Part shown: positions 39,187-49,176 of the stretch, in pieces | How positions within the stretch are numbered: position 1 is the first letter of the stretch | Layout of the letters: every line of letters begins with the position of its first letter | Assembly (NCBI GenBank): GCA_903924075.1 | Contig: CAIYAG010000045.1 | Span: 3,804 to 67,803 of the forward strand | Direction of reading: 5' to 3' | From: an uncultured Bacteroidota bacterium | GTDB taxonomy: Bacteria; Bacteroidota; Bacteroidia; Chitinophagales; Chitinophagaceae | DNA: 64,000 bases | Position numbers and translations under genes: made by a program | Notes under the pieces: model-generated | What the model was told of the DNA's origin: nothing | Databases searched by the model: none | What the model saw: the letters and a program-made list of their open reading frames with translations, nothing else

Positions 39187-40263
39187 TTATAATTTTTCGT
39201 AGAGCGCGCGTAATTTTTCGCGGGTCATGATCTTTTCCCAATCCTTACCCAACGCATTCTCCCACAATGGTTTCATACCGATGGATACATTGATCATTTT
39301 TTCGAATTGTTCATCTGTCAGGTTTTTACAAATCCCAACAGGAATCTCAATATTATTTTTCTCTACCATCCATTTAAACTCCTTTACTCCAGCAGGATAA
39401 TATTCTTCCAGGTGATTCATCACAATACAATTACCAATACCATGCTTGGTTCCTAATAAATAACTCAAACCATAACTCACGGCGTGTGCCACACCTACTT
39501 GAGAATAAGCAATACTCATTCCACCTGCATATGAAGCCATCATCAATTGATCATCACTTTCATCATCCCAATGATCTTTATCTACATAAATTTTCTGACA
39601 TAATTGAAGCGCTTTCTCACCATAGCTCTTACTAAACTCATTCAAATAGGTTCCTTCCAAACTTTCGATACAATGGATATAACAATCCATACCAGTGTAG
39701 AAACGTTGATTGATCGGAGCGTCTTTGGTTAATTCAGGATCCAAAACGATCTGATCAAATGGAGTGAAGTCAGAATTCATACCCAATTTTCTAACCGGGC
39801 CCGTCAACACAGTTGTTCTACTCACTTCTGCTCCAGTACCACTCAAAGTTGGGATCCCAACTTTATAAACACCAGCTTGTTTTACCAGATCCCAGCCTTG
39901 ATAATCTGCAGAAGATCCTGGATTTGTCATCATCAACGAAACTGCTTTTGCCAGATCCATTGCAGAACCTCCACCAATACCAATTACTCCGCTAATGGTT
40001 CCAAATTCGTTCTTTAGATCTTGTGCTAATTTGTCGACCTGTGTGGTTTTGGGTTCATAGGTAACATCTACAAAAACGATCTTGTCTTTACCTCTCAACG
40101 GTACACGACTTGCCAAAGGTTTACCATCAAAAAAATGGTCTACCAAAAATATCATAGGTGCATCACCAACTCGATGTGGTGCCAATATTTCATCTAACTG
40201 ATTGAAGCTACCTCGGCCATATACCACATAGCTAACCATTTTAAAATTTCGGAAATTTGACAT
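39187..40263 (-). CDS. kdnB: Metal-dependent alcohol dehydrogenase-family Kdo 8-oxidase, KdnB-like
   Basis: GGGSAMDLAKAVSLM, NPGSSADYQGWDL, GPVRKLGMNSD, YTGMDCYIHC, SIAYSQVG; closely follows Shewanella KdnB as I recall it; near kdsB. Confidence 0.75.
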   Translation of the reverse strand: MSNFRNFKMVSYVVYGRGSFNQLDEILAPHRVGDAPMIFLVDHFFDGKPLASRVPLRGKDKIVFVDVTYEPKTTQVDKLAQDLKNEFGTISGVIGIGGGSAMDLAKAVSLMMTNPGSSADYQGWDLVKQAGVYKVGIPTLSGTGAEVSRTTVLTGPVRKLGMNSDFTPFDQIVLDPELTKDAPINQRFYTGMDCYIHCIESLEGTYLNEFSKSYGEKALQLCQKIYVDKDHWDDESDDQLMMASYAGGMSIAYSQVGVAHAVSYGLSYLLGTKHGIGNCIVMNHLEEYYPAGVKEFKWMVEKNNIEIPVGICKNLTDEQFEKMINVSIGMKPLWENALGKDWEKIMTREKLRALYEKL

Positions 40264-40291
40264 GGTCTTTTGATTTTCTTAATTGAAAAGG

Positions 40292-40299
40292 CAAAGATA
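40292..40299 (-). promoter_or_regulatory. -7 box TATCTTTG of the kdnB-like gene
   Basis: Exact consensus 28 nt upstream of the ATG. Confidence 0.55.
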
Positions 40300-40336
40300 C
40301 AACTTCCTCAAAACCATTATGTCAATCTCAAATTCT

Positions 40337-41821
40337 TTAACGGATTGCTTTCATTTGCCAAAAACGTATGTTCTTGAATTGAGTAATGCCAGCATCACTG
40401 AATAATTGTATGCCTTTGTCTGTTTTTTCAGGGAAAACCTGAGATGTAAAAACTACGGTACCATCACCGTTGTACACTTCTACGATACTAGCATCAAAAA
40501 AAACATGTAGATCAATTTTGCCTTCTTTAAGTTTTAATGGTGTTCCCGATTTTGCTATCGAAGCATACTTGGCATTAAAATCGTTTACAGTATGTGATCG
40601 ATCAATATATATTTGTTCGGTTTTGCTATTGTAACCAATTTCAAAATAATGGTTTCCCCCAACTGCAACTCTAATACCAGCAACTGCATTTTCTGAAGGC
40701 TGTATGCTTAACGACAATTCATAACTAGTCCCCGAAAATGAGAGGTTCTTATTTTGCTGAACACTTAGATCATTCGCATGCTGTTCTGCTCCTCTCAATA
40801 TTTGTAATCCCAAAATGGGTTGCTGCACCAATACCCAATCGTCACCAATTTTTTTCACAGATAATTTTCGAGGTAAAGACATGGCACTTTTCCATGGCTT
40901 GGTTGGGATCGTATTGGCATATTCCCAATTATTCACCCATCCAATACTGATCGGTTGTTTATCATTTGTATTGTGATATGCCACTGCTGCATAATAGTCG
41001 GTTCCATGATCCTGTTTGTGAATGATTGAACTTGGCTTGTCTTCTAAAAACTGCGTGCCATCAAACTCACCTACAAAATATTGCATCGTACTATTTTGTG
41101 ATGTAAATAAAACCCACTTGTATTTTCCAGGTTCTCCAACTATCGGTGCTTGCATTAAATCGGGGCATTCCCATACCGCACTGGTATCGCCCTTCGGACC
41201 AAAATCACTCAAATGTTTCCATTCTTTGAGATTACTGGATGCATAAAAAGAAATTTGATGTTCGTTTGGTTGAGACACAGCCATGATCCATTCTTTCTTT
41301 GGTTCATACCAAAAAACATTTGGGTCTCTGAAATCTTTTTTGTGCAAATTCAACACAGGATTGCCCGCATATTTTTTCCATGTCAATCCATCATCATTAC
41401 TAAACGCAAGTTGTTGTGATTGCAGGGTATCGGTATGACCTGTATATATAGCCACCAACGTTTGAGTATTCTTGCCATTTCCAAAACCTGCAGTATTATT
41501 TTTATCCAAAACCGCAGATCCTGAAAAAATCATCGTTCCTTTTTCTTCTGCCAGCGCAACGGGTAATTCTTTCCAATGAATCAGGTCTTTACTTGTTGCA
41601 TGCCCCCAACTCATATGTCCCCATTCATTTCCAAATGGATTGTGCTGAAAAAACAAATGATACTGGCCATTTTGATATACCAAACCATTGGGATCGTTCA
41701 TCCAATTTTTGATGGGTGTAAAATGAAACTGCGGCCGGTACTGTTCTTTGTAAATGGTTTGTTCTTGCGCTTCTGTTTTTCCAAAGAAAAATAAGCTCAA
41801 TAATAAAAAATATTTGCGCAT
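40337..41821 (-). CDS. Exported GH32 beta-fructosidase/levanase
   Basis: Signal peptide; WMNDPNG, FRDP, WECPD; C-terminal beta-sandwich DASIVEV. Confidence 0.92.
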   Translation of the reverse strand: MRKYFLLLSLFFFGKTEAQEQTIYKEQYRPQFHFTPIKNWMNDPNGLVYQNGQYHLFFQHNPFGNEWGHMSWGHATSKDLIHWKELPVALAEEKGTMIFSGSAVLDKNNTAGFGNGKNTQTLVAIYTGHTDTLQSQQLAFSNDDGLTWKKYAGNPVLNLHKKDFRDPNVFWYEPKKEWIMAVSQPNEHQISFYASSNLKEWKHLSDFGPKGDTSAVWECPDLMQAPIVGEPGKYKWVLFTSQNSTMQYFVGEFDGTQFLEDKPSSIIHKQDHGTDYYAAVAYHNTNDKQPISIGWVNNWEYANTIPTKPWKSAMSLPRKLSVKKIGDDWVLVQQPILGLQILRGAEQHANDLSVQQNKNLSFSGTSYELSLSIQPSENAVAGIRVAVGGNHYFEIGYNSKTEQIYIDRSHTVNDFNAKYASIAKSGTPLKLKEGKIDLHVFFDASIVEVYNGDGTVVFTSQVFPEKTDKGIQLFSDAGITQFKNIRFWQMKAIR

Positions 41822-41830
41822 CGTAATTAA

Positions 41831-43180
41831 TTATTTGATCAATTTCTTTTCTAAATCTTCCAATGAAATGTTTTTTGTTTCAGGCATACTTGTAACAACC
41901 CAGATCAATTGCAATACCATCATACCTGCAAAAAATGCAAAAATGGGCCATGGATTGTCTTTGAAAATGCCGTTATCCTTGTCCAGGAAATAAGGTGTTA
42001 CCAAAGTGATCAATGCTGCAAATACCCAGTGGATACTTGCGCCGAACGACTGGCCCGCTGAGCGGATCTTATTCGGAAATATTTCAGAAATGAATACCCA
42101 GATCACCGCTCCTTGCCCTACAGCGTGTGAAGCAATAAACAACAAAAGAAAAGACATCAAAAACAACGGACTCATATGCGCAAAGAATGCATACGAAACC
42201 ATTGATAGACTTAGGATATAACCAAATGAGCCGATCAACAACAATGTTTTTCTTCCAAGCTTATCTATCAAATACAATCCCACAAAAGTGAAGATCAAAT
42301 TGGTGCCACCAATGGCAATGGAATTGAATAAAGATTCTTTAGCTGCCAGCCCTGCTTTTTCAAGAATTTCTGGCGCATAATATAAAATGAAATTGATCCC
42401 AGAAACCTGATTAAAAAATGCGATCAGAAATGCCAGGAAAATAATCTTCTTGTGCTTCGCATTAAAAAATTCAGAAGCGTTTCCTTTCGTTGCATCGTGT
42501 TGATTGCTTTGAATAATAGTTGCCACTTCTGCATCCACATCTTCAACACCTATTTGTAGCATGATCTTTTTTGCGCCTTCCTGATCATTCTTTTTTGAGA
42601 TCAGCCACCTCGGACTTTCAGAAATTCCAAATACCAATACGGTATATAAAATAGAAGGAATGGCTAATACACCCAGCATCCAACGCCAGTCGTTCGCGCC
42701 ACCAAATCCTTGTAAAAAGTAATTCGATAAAAAGGCGATCAAGATCCCAAATACAATATTGAATTGATACAATGCGCCAAGTGTTCCTCTTGTTTTAGGT
42801 GTTGAGATCTCAGAAATATAAATCGGTGCTACCACAGATGAAACGCCAATTCCTAATCCGCCAATAAATCGGAAGAAAGAAAAAACATAAGGATCATTTG
42901 CAAGTGCAGAACCGAATGCAGAAATTGCAAATAAGATGCCCACGGTAAGCAAAACTTTTTTTCTCCCATATTTTTCTGTGGGTATTCCTCCAAACAATGC
43001 ACCGATCACGGTTCCCCATAATGCCATCGACATAATAAAGAATCCATGAAATAAAGGAGAGGTATGCCAGAGTTCTTTAATGGGTTGGTTTGCGCCGGAA
43101 ATGACTACCGTATCAAATCCAAAAATAAAACCGGCTAGTGCTACCACAATCGACCAGCGAATGAGCTTGTTCTGATTCAT
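41831..43180 (-). CDS. MFS sugar porter (probably fructose)
   Basis: GFIFGFDTVVISGA, YISEIS, ESPRWL, SEIFPN; likely ATG at 43180. Confidence 0.92.
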   Translation of the reverse strand: MNQNKLIRWSIVVALAGFIFGFDTVVISGANQPIKELWHTSPLFHGFFIMSMALWGTVIGALFGGIPTEKYGRKKVLLTVGILFAISAFGSALANDPYVFSFFRFIGGLGIGVSSVVAPIYISEISTPKTRGTLGALYQFNIVFGILIAFLSNYFLQGFGGANDWRWMLGVLAIPSILYTVLVFGISESPRWLISKKNDQEGAKKIMLQIGVEDVDAEVATIIQSNQHDATKGNASEFFNAKHKKIIFLAFLIAFFNQVSGINFILYYAPEILEKAGLAAKESLFNSIAIGGTNLIFTFVGLYLIDKLGRKTLLLIGSFGYILSLSMVSYAFFAHMSPLFLMSFLLLFIASHAVGQGAVIWVFISEIFPNKIRSAGQSFGASIHWVFAALITLVTPYFLDKDNGIFKDNPWPIFAFFAGMMVLQLIWVVTSMPETKNISLEDLEKKLIK

Positions 43181-43277
43181 ATGCAATCGTTATTTAGATA
43201 CAGAAAGATAGTAAAAGCCTTGCAAAAAATTACTATCTAAAAATATCAAACGATTGTTGTGATTAAATGCTAGAAAG

Positions 43278-44006
43278 CTATTGCAAAAGTTTTGCGGCTT
43301 TAATTAGATCCTCTGGTGTATCAATCTCCACACCCATATAAGTGGTAACAACCATGCGCAACGGAATGCCATATTCGAGGTAACGCAAGCATTCAATTTT
43401 TTCAGCCGCTTCTAAAAGCGTCATTGGCCAGTTGGTGAATTGCATCAGGGACTCTTTTCTGAACGCGTAGACACCAATATGTTCGTAATAGATCGTTGCT
43501 AATTCTTTATTTCTTGGATAAGGGATCACGCTTCTTGAAAAGAATAAAGAATTCATATTTCGATCTACTGCAACTTTTACATAGTTGGGATCTTCGATTA
43601 AACTAAGTTCTTTCAATTCTTGCATTAAGGAAGCCACTTTCACAGTAGCACCATCAACACCAGTAAATGTTGCCAACAATTTTTCGAGCGGTTCTCTTTG
43701 TACAAAAGGCTCATCACCCTGTACGTTCACGATAATATCAATATCCATATCGGCAGCAGCTTCTGCAATTCTATCGCTACCACTTTCGTGAGTTTTGATA
43801 CTCATGATTGCCTTACCACCATTTGAACTGATCTCATTAAAAATGATCTCGCTATCAGTTACCACATATACATCATCAAATAAACCAGTTGCAACTGTAT
43901 TATCATATGTGTGTCTGATAACAGTTTTATCTCCCAATACCTGCATGAGTTTTGCCGGAAATCGGGTTGCTGCATAACGTGCTGGAATAAATGCGGCGAT
44001 CTTCAT
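43278..44006 (-). CDS. kdsB: CMP-Kdo synthetase
   Basis: IPARYAATRFPAK, SGSDR, NVQGDEP, EHIGVYAF, EIDTPED. Confidence 0.95.
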   Translation of the reverse strand: MKIAAFIPARYAATRFPAKLMQVLGDKTVIRHTYDNTVATGLFDDVYVVTDSEIIFNEISSNGGKAIMSIKTHESGSDRIAEAAADMDIDIIVNVQGDEPFVQREPLEKLLATFTGVDGATVKVASLMQELKELSLIEDPNYVKVAVDRNMNSLFFSRSVIPYPRNKELATIYYEHIGVYAFRKESLMQFTNWPMTLLEAAEKIECLRYLEYGIPLRMVVTTYMGVEIDTPEDLIKAAKLLQ

Positions 44007-44039
44007 AAAAACGATTTATGCAAAGATGCAGTGAATGGA

Positions 44040-44861
44040 TCAATAATCCGTTTTCACCTTACTATCGAATGGGATTTTTAACTGAAATGCAAGATTCTCG
44101 TCCTGACTATTATCTAAAACGTCTAGTCCGTATACAATGCTATCAATCGGCGTATAATTATAAGTACCAAAGATCCGATCCCAGATAGAAAAGATATTTC
44201 CATAGTTACTATCTGTTTGAGGGCGTGCCAGATGATGGTGCACTTTATGCATATCCGGAGAAACAATCACCCATCCAATTGCACTGTCTAACCACAATGG
44301 TAAGCGCATATTTGCATGATTGAATTGCGATAGAACAGCACTCAAACTTTGGTACATCATCAGTAACCACATGGGTGCGCCGCAGATCAACACTGCGATC
44401 ATTGCAAATACCGCACGGAACACACTTTCGCCAGGATGGTGTCTATTTGCGGTTGTTGTATCCACGTGTGTATCTGCGTGGTGTACCATATGAAATTTCC
44501 ACATCCATTTTACTTTGTGTTCGATCAGGTGGATCAGGTAAGCTCCGATGAGATCCATTAACAATAATCCTACAATCATAAATACCCAAAGGGGCATCGA
44601 CACTAATTGCATTAAACCAAAATGATGGCTGATGGCCCAATCACTTGCTTTTACAATGAGCAAAGCAAACGCGAAATTGATGATGATGGTAGTAATGGTA
44701 AAAAAGATATTGAGGGATGCGTGTTTCCATTTATTATAGCGAAAACTAAAAAGAGGAATGAAACTTTCGATGATCCAGAAAAAACTAATGCCTCCAGCTA
44801 AGATCAACGCACGGTGCAAGCTGGGAATATGCTCGAAATAATTTACAATACTTTCTATCAT
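44040..44861 (-). CDS. Sterol desaturase / fatty-acid hydroxylase superfamily protein
   Basis: His boxes HLIEH, HMVHH, HHP, HKVHH; NYGNIFSIWDR; likely ATG at 44861. Confidence 0.88.
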   Translation of the reverse strand: MIESIVNYFEHIPSLHRALILAGGISFFWIIESFIPLFSFRYNKWKHASLNIFFTITTIIINFAFALLIVKASDWAISHHFGLMQLVSMPLWVFMIVGLLLMDLIGAYLIHLIEHKVKWMWKFHMVHHADTHVDTTTANRHHPGESVFRAVFAMIAVLICGAPMWLLMMYQSLSAVLSQFNHANMRLPLWLDSAIGWVIVSPDMHKVHHHLARPQTDSNYGNIFSIWDRIFGTYNYTPIDSIVYGLDVLDNSQDENLAFQLKIPFDSKVKTDY

Positions 44862-44921
44862 GTGGGCAATCGATTTGCTTTCAATATACAAACAAATAGA
44901 ATCCACAAGTGTATTAGGAGC

Positions 44922-44957
44922 AAAAAATAAGCCGTCCCGATTGTTCGGGACGGCTTA
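44922..44957 (-). terminator. Intrinsic terminator of dnaN
   Basis: 13-bp stem TAAGCCGTCCCGA/TCGGGACGGCTTA, 4-nt loop; A-tract at 44922-27 reads as U-tract on minus. Confidence 0.85.
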
Positions 44958-44976
44958 GATATCATAAAGATTTGTA

Positions 44977-46092
44977 CTAGTTATTCAACATCAACGGCAT
45001 CACCAACATCAACAGGTCTTCACCTTCGCCTTGCTCTGTTGGTTTGATCAAACCGGCTTTAGTAGGAGTTGACAATTCCATCTTCACATCATCGGTATCA
45101 GCTGCATTCAGCATTTCGATCAGGAATTTTGCATTGAATGCGATCTGAAGGTCTTCTCCATCGTACTGGCAATTCATGCGCTCATTACCTTCAAAACTGA
45201 AGTCGATATCCTGTGCAGCCAATTGTAATTCACTTCCACTAATATTCAAAGCCACTTGGTTCGTGCTCTTGTTCGAGAACACATTTACGCGGCGTAGTGC
45301 ACCCTGAAAATCTGCTTTACTAACAATCAATTTATATGGATTGTCGGCAGGGATCACCACTTTATAATCAGGGAAACGTGCATCGATCAGGCGACAGATC
45401 ATTTGCGTAGAACCATGTTGTACAAACAAATGATTGCTATTATAACTGATGGTTAGTTCGTCTTCATTATCTGGCAAAGCGTTCTTCAATAAGTTCAACG
45501 GCTTTTTAGGCACAATGAAAGAATCAACTTTAGTTGCTTTTGTGTCTGTGCGCTTATAACGAACTAAACGGTGTGCATCTGTAGCTACAAATTGCACGTA
45601 GTCTTTGGTAAGCTCAAAATAAACACCAGTCATTGCCGGGCGCAGATCATCTCCACTCACAGCAAAAAGGGTTTTATTGATGGCGGTTAATAATGCACCG
45701 CTTGTCATATTAAATCCAGTAGTATCATCAGCCGATGGCTCTTTCGGGAAGTTATCAGGATTTTCGCCCATGACTTTGTACTTACCGTTATCGCTGGTGA
45801 TCTCAACAGAGAAGCTTTTGTCGATATTGAAAGTAAGTGGCTGCTCCGCAATATTCTTCAAAGTATCCAATAGGATTTTTGCCGGAATACATACTTTACC
45901 ATTCACTTTGCTTTCCACATCCATCTGAACACGCATCACCGTTTCGAGGTCGGTAGCAACTACACTTAATTTTTTGTCTTCAATTTCAAAAAGGAAGTCC
46001 TCCAGTATCGGAAGTACCGTATTGGCATTGATCACACCGCTGATCTGTTGCAGGTGTTTTAACAAAGAGGAGGAAGAAACAATGAATTTCAT
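44977..46092 (-). CDS. dnaN: DNA polymerase III beta clamp
   Basis: ATDLE, LRPAMTGV, ATDAHRL, RLIDARFPDY, IAFNAKFL, LVMPLM. Confidence 0.97.
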   Translation of the reverse strand: MKFIVSSSSLLKHLQQISGVINANTVLPILEDFLFEIEDKKLSVVATDLETVMRVQMDVESKVNGKVCIPAKILLDTLKNIAEQPLTFNIDKSFSVEITSDNGKYKVMGENPDNFPKEPSADDTTGFNMTSGALLTAINKTLFAVSGDDLRPAMTGVYFELTKDYVQFVATDAHRLVRYKRTDTKATKVDSFIVPKKPLNLLKNALPDNEDELTISYNSNHLFVQHGSTQMICRLIDARFPDYKVVIPADNPYKLIVSKADFQGALRRVNVFSNKSTNQVALNISGSELQLAAQDIDFSFEGNERMNCQYDGEDLQIAFNAKFLIEMLNAADTDDVKMELSTPTKAGLIKPTEQGEGEDLLMLVMPLMLNN

Positions 46093-46096
46093 TCTG

Positions 46097-46104
46097 CAAA
46101 TTTA
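46097..46104 (-). promoter_or_regulatory. -7 box TAAATTTG, 4 nt before the dnaN ATG
   Basis: Exact consensus. Confidence 0.55.
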
Positions 46105-46206
46105 TGTTCCAACAAACCTAGTGTAAAATGTTAATATTCCCCGCACCGAAATGCCTGTTTCAGGTAAGAATTTAATTAATGTTAATGAGTTGTGGATTGA
46201 AAACCA

Positions 46207-46620
46207 TCAATCTTGTGGTAACACAGAAAGCAGTTGCCTGTATTTTTCGCGGTTGATGGGTTTGATGACGTAGTCTGTAACGGCGGGATAGCTTCTCGAC
46301 TTCTGGATATCGCTCTCATCAACTGAAGAGCTCACTACATAGATCACTATATTTTTGGCTAAATCTTGCTTGATCGTATCATAAGTTTCCAGGAAAATCC
46401 AGCCATTCATCACCGGCATATTGATATCTAAAAAGATGACATCTGGCAAACAGTCTGCATGTTGATTTTCGGGATTTGTAAGAAAATCGATTGCTTCCTT
46501 GCCATTAAAAAAGGTCTTGATACTACTCGTAAGACCAGTTGCTTCTAAAATCATTTTTGCAGTAAACTGATAAACTTTATCGTCATCAATTAAACAAACA
46601 TTGTGCTTTCCAGTACTCAT
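46207..46620 (-). CDS. Single-domain response regulator
   Basis: LIDDD, FLDINMPVMNG, VSSS, IKP; likely ATG at 46620. Confidence 0.88.
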   Translation of the reverse strand: MSTGKHNVCLIDDDKVYQFTAKMILEATGLTSSIKTFFNGKEAIDFLTNPENQHADCLPDVIFLDINMPVMNGWIFLETYDTIKQDLAKNIVIYVVSSSVDESDIQKSRSYPAVTDYVIKPINREKYRQLLSVLPQD

Positions 46621-46711
46621 AGTAAAAGTGGTTATAATTACCTTTGTACAGTAAATCGGGGGGCTGTCTACAAATATAATGTTCTTATTTTCCTTTTTCA
46701 AAGAATTTGTT

Positions 46712-47191
46712 TTGAATAAATCCTATACAAAAGAGCAAGCACTACAAAAAATTAAGCAGTATTGTGCGTATCAAGAAAGGAGTCATTCTGAAACAAAAGA
46801 AAAGCTCTATTCCTTTGGATTACACAAAACAGATGTAGAACAATTACTCTCGAACCTGATCGAAGAAGACTATCTCAATGAAGAAAGATATGCCACCCTT
46901 TTCGCAGGAGGGCATTTCCGTTCCAAAAAATGGGGACGAATCAAGATCAACGCAGCGCTTCAACAAAAAAAGGTAAGCGCCTATAATATCCGCAAGGGTT
47001 TACAAGTGATTGAAGAACCGGCCTACCGTAAATGCCTGCTACAACTCGCTACAGCAAAATGGAAATCGGTTAAATCAGAACAATGGATGAATCGAATGGC
47101 CAAAACAACCAATTATCTTTTGCAAAAGGGCTATGAATCAAATTTGATCCAAGAAGCAATCGCACAAATTCGATCAAAAGAAAAAGAGTAA
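46712..47191 (+). CDS. recX: RecX-family regulatory protein
   Basis: YCAYQERS, YLNEERYA, KKWGRIKI, YLLQKGYE; start uncertain (ATG 46679 or TTG 46712). Confidence 0.85.
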   Translation: MNKSYTKEQALQKIKQYCAYQERSHSETKEKLYSFGLHKTDVEQLLSNLIEEDYLNEERYATLFAGGHFRSKKWGRIKINAALQQKKVSAYNIRKGLQVIEEPAYRKCLLQLATAKWKSVKSEQWMNRMAKTTNYLLQKGYESNLIQEAIAQIRSKEKE

Positions 47192-47216
47192 TATTATAGT
47201 CAGATTTGAAACAAAA

Positions 47217-48020
47217 ATGAACACACTTTCTGTTAGCATCATTCAAACAAAGCTTTTTTGGGAAGACAAGCTGCGTAACCTTGCCATGCTGGAAGAGAAA
47301 ATTATGGGCATTACCGAAAAAACAAATTTGGTGATTCTTCCTGAAATGTTCTCAACCGGTTTTAGTATGAAGCCCGAATTACTGGCCGAATCAATGGAGG
47401 GCGAAACCATCGCATGGATGAAGCGATTGGCTGTTTCTAAAAAAATTATTCTGACTGGTAGCCTCATCATTGAAGAGCATGGCAATTATTATAATCGGCT
47501 GATCTGGATGTTACCGAATGGGAACCTCGGCTTTTATGATAAGCGACACTTATTTGCGTTTGCTGGAGAAGACCAATTTTATACTGCAGGAAATAAAAGG
47601 TTGATCACAAGCGTGAATGGTTGGAAGATCAATTTACAGATCTGTTATGATCTACGCTTCCCCGTTTGGGCGCGTCAACAATCTGAAGAACAACCAGAAT
47701 ATGACCTCCTCATTTATGTTGCCAATTGGCCAGAACGTAGAAACCATGCCTGGAAAACCTTGCTCACTGCACGCGCCATCGAAAATCAGTGCTATGTAAT
47801 TGGTGTGAATCGGGTAGGTGAAGATGGAAACCAGATCAACTATAGTGGCGACAGTATGTTAATCGACCCTCTGGGAACTGTGTTATTCAGCAACGCCCAT
47901 GAAGATCTGATCCATCAGGTAGAACTGAAAAAAGATTCTATCACCGAGGTTCGTGGTAGATTCCCTTTCTGGAAAGACGCTGACGATTTTCATATTTTAC
48001 AAGACGAGCACCATGATTAA
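47217..48020 (+). CDS. Nitrilase-family omega-amidase (YafV-like)
   Basis: LPEMF, YDKRHLF, ICYDLRFP, RAIENQ. Confidence 0.9.
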   Translation: MNTLSVSIIQTKLFWEDKLRNLAMLEEKIMGITEKTNLVILPEMFSTGFSMKPELLAESMEGETIAWMKRLAVSKKIILTGSLIIEEHGNYYNRLIWMLPNGNLGFYDKRHLFAFAGEDQFYTAGNKRLITSVNGWKINLQICYDLRFPVWARQQSEEQPEYDLLIYVANWPERRNHAWKTLLTARAIENQCYVIGVNRVGEDGNQINYSGDSMLIDPLGTVLFSNAHEDLIHQVELKKDSITEVRGRFPFWKDADDFHILQDEHHD

Positions 48021-49110
48021 GAAAACTTATCTCGCCAAAAAATTGTTTACCGGAAACAAATGCCTCAGCAATCAAGCGGTAGTTGTTGAGGATAATAAAA
48101 TCGTTGATATACTGTCTATTGATCAAATCCCTCCTCACGCTGGACCTATTTATGACATCATTGCGCCTGCATTTATTGATATTCAGATCTATGGTGCACA
48201 TGATAAATTATTAGCCGTTTACCCAAGTGCTGATTCGATCTTTCGTTTATATGACTATTGCAGTAAGGGCGGCGCTTCTCATTTTCTGGTTACAGTTGCT
48301 ACCAATAGCAATACAGTATTTCATGCCTGCATTAATGCGGTGAAAGCATATTGGGAGCTGGGCGGAAGGGGTTGTTTGGGATTACATGTGGAAGGACCAT
48401 GGATCAATGCCTCTAAGAAAGGAGCACACTTGGAAGAATTTATTCATTCCCCTTCACTCGAAGAAGTAAAAGAATTATTAGCCTACGGTAAAGACGTGAT
48501 CAAGATTATCACACTTGCACCAGAAGTATGTAGTGAAGAAATTATTGCTTTGATTCAATCTGAAGGAATCATTGTTTCTGCCGGACATAGTAATGCCTCA
48601 TTCGAAGAAGCCACCAATGCATTCAATAATGGCATTGGTACTGCTACACATCTATTCAATGCGATGAGCCCCTTGCAACATCGTGCCCCAGGTTTTGTTG
48701 GCGCCGTATTTAATCATCCAACGGTAATGAGTAGTGTTGTACCGGATGGTTACCATGTAGATTTCGAAGCCATCAAGATCGCAAAAAAACAAATGGGCGA
48801 GAGATTGTTTGTGATCACAGACGCGGTGGCAGAAACCAAGACAGGACCATATCCGCATCACTTAGTAGGCGACAAATACGAATCCAATGGCATCCTCAGC
48901 GGCTCAGCATTAACCATGGTCAGCGCCCTAAAAAATCTGGTCAATAAAATAGACATACCACTTGAAGAAGCGTTGCGCATGGTAAGCACATATCCCGCAA
49001 AAGCCATAGAAAGAAACAATAGCATGGGAAAAATTCAAGTAGGATATCCGGCAAATCTGGTTTGCTTAAATGAAGCGCTAGTGGTTGAGCATTTGGTTAC
49101 TGCGGATTAG
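48013..49110 (+). CDS. nagA: N-acetylglucosamine-6-phosphate deacetylase
   Basis: HVEGPW, TLAPE, GHS, THLFNAM, PDGYHV, ITDA; likely ATG at 48013. Confidence 0.92.
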   Translation: MIKKTYLAKKLFTGNKCLSNQAVVVEDNKIVDILSIDQIPPHAGPIYDIIAPAFIDIQIYGAHDKLLAVYPSADSIFRLYDYCSKGGASHFLVTVATNSNTVFHACINAVKAYWELGGRGCLGLHVEGPWINASKKGAHLEEFIHSPSLEEVKELLAYGKDVIKIITLAPEVCSEEIIALIQSEGIIVSAGHSNASFEEATNAFNNGIGTATHLFNAMSPLQHRAPGFVGAVFNHPTVMSSVVPDGYHVDFEAIKIAKKQMGERLFVITDAVAETKTGPYPHHLVGDKYESNGILSGSALTMVSALKNLVNKIDIPLEEALRMVSTYPAKAIERNNSMGKIQVGYPANLVCLNEALVVEHLVTAD

Positions 49111-49116
49111 TTTTTA

Positions 49117-49143
49117 CCCACCCCTCCCCCTCCCAGGAGGGGA
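49117..49143. repeat. REP-like C/G-rich palindromic element
   Basis: CCCACCCCTCCCCCTCCCAGGAGGGGA; CCCCTC pairs with GAGGGG; stands out from the AT-rich background. Confidence 0.4.
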
Positions 49144-49176
49144 TAACCTTCCCCGTCCGTTCTTCACTCTTCACTC

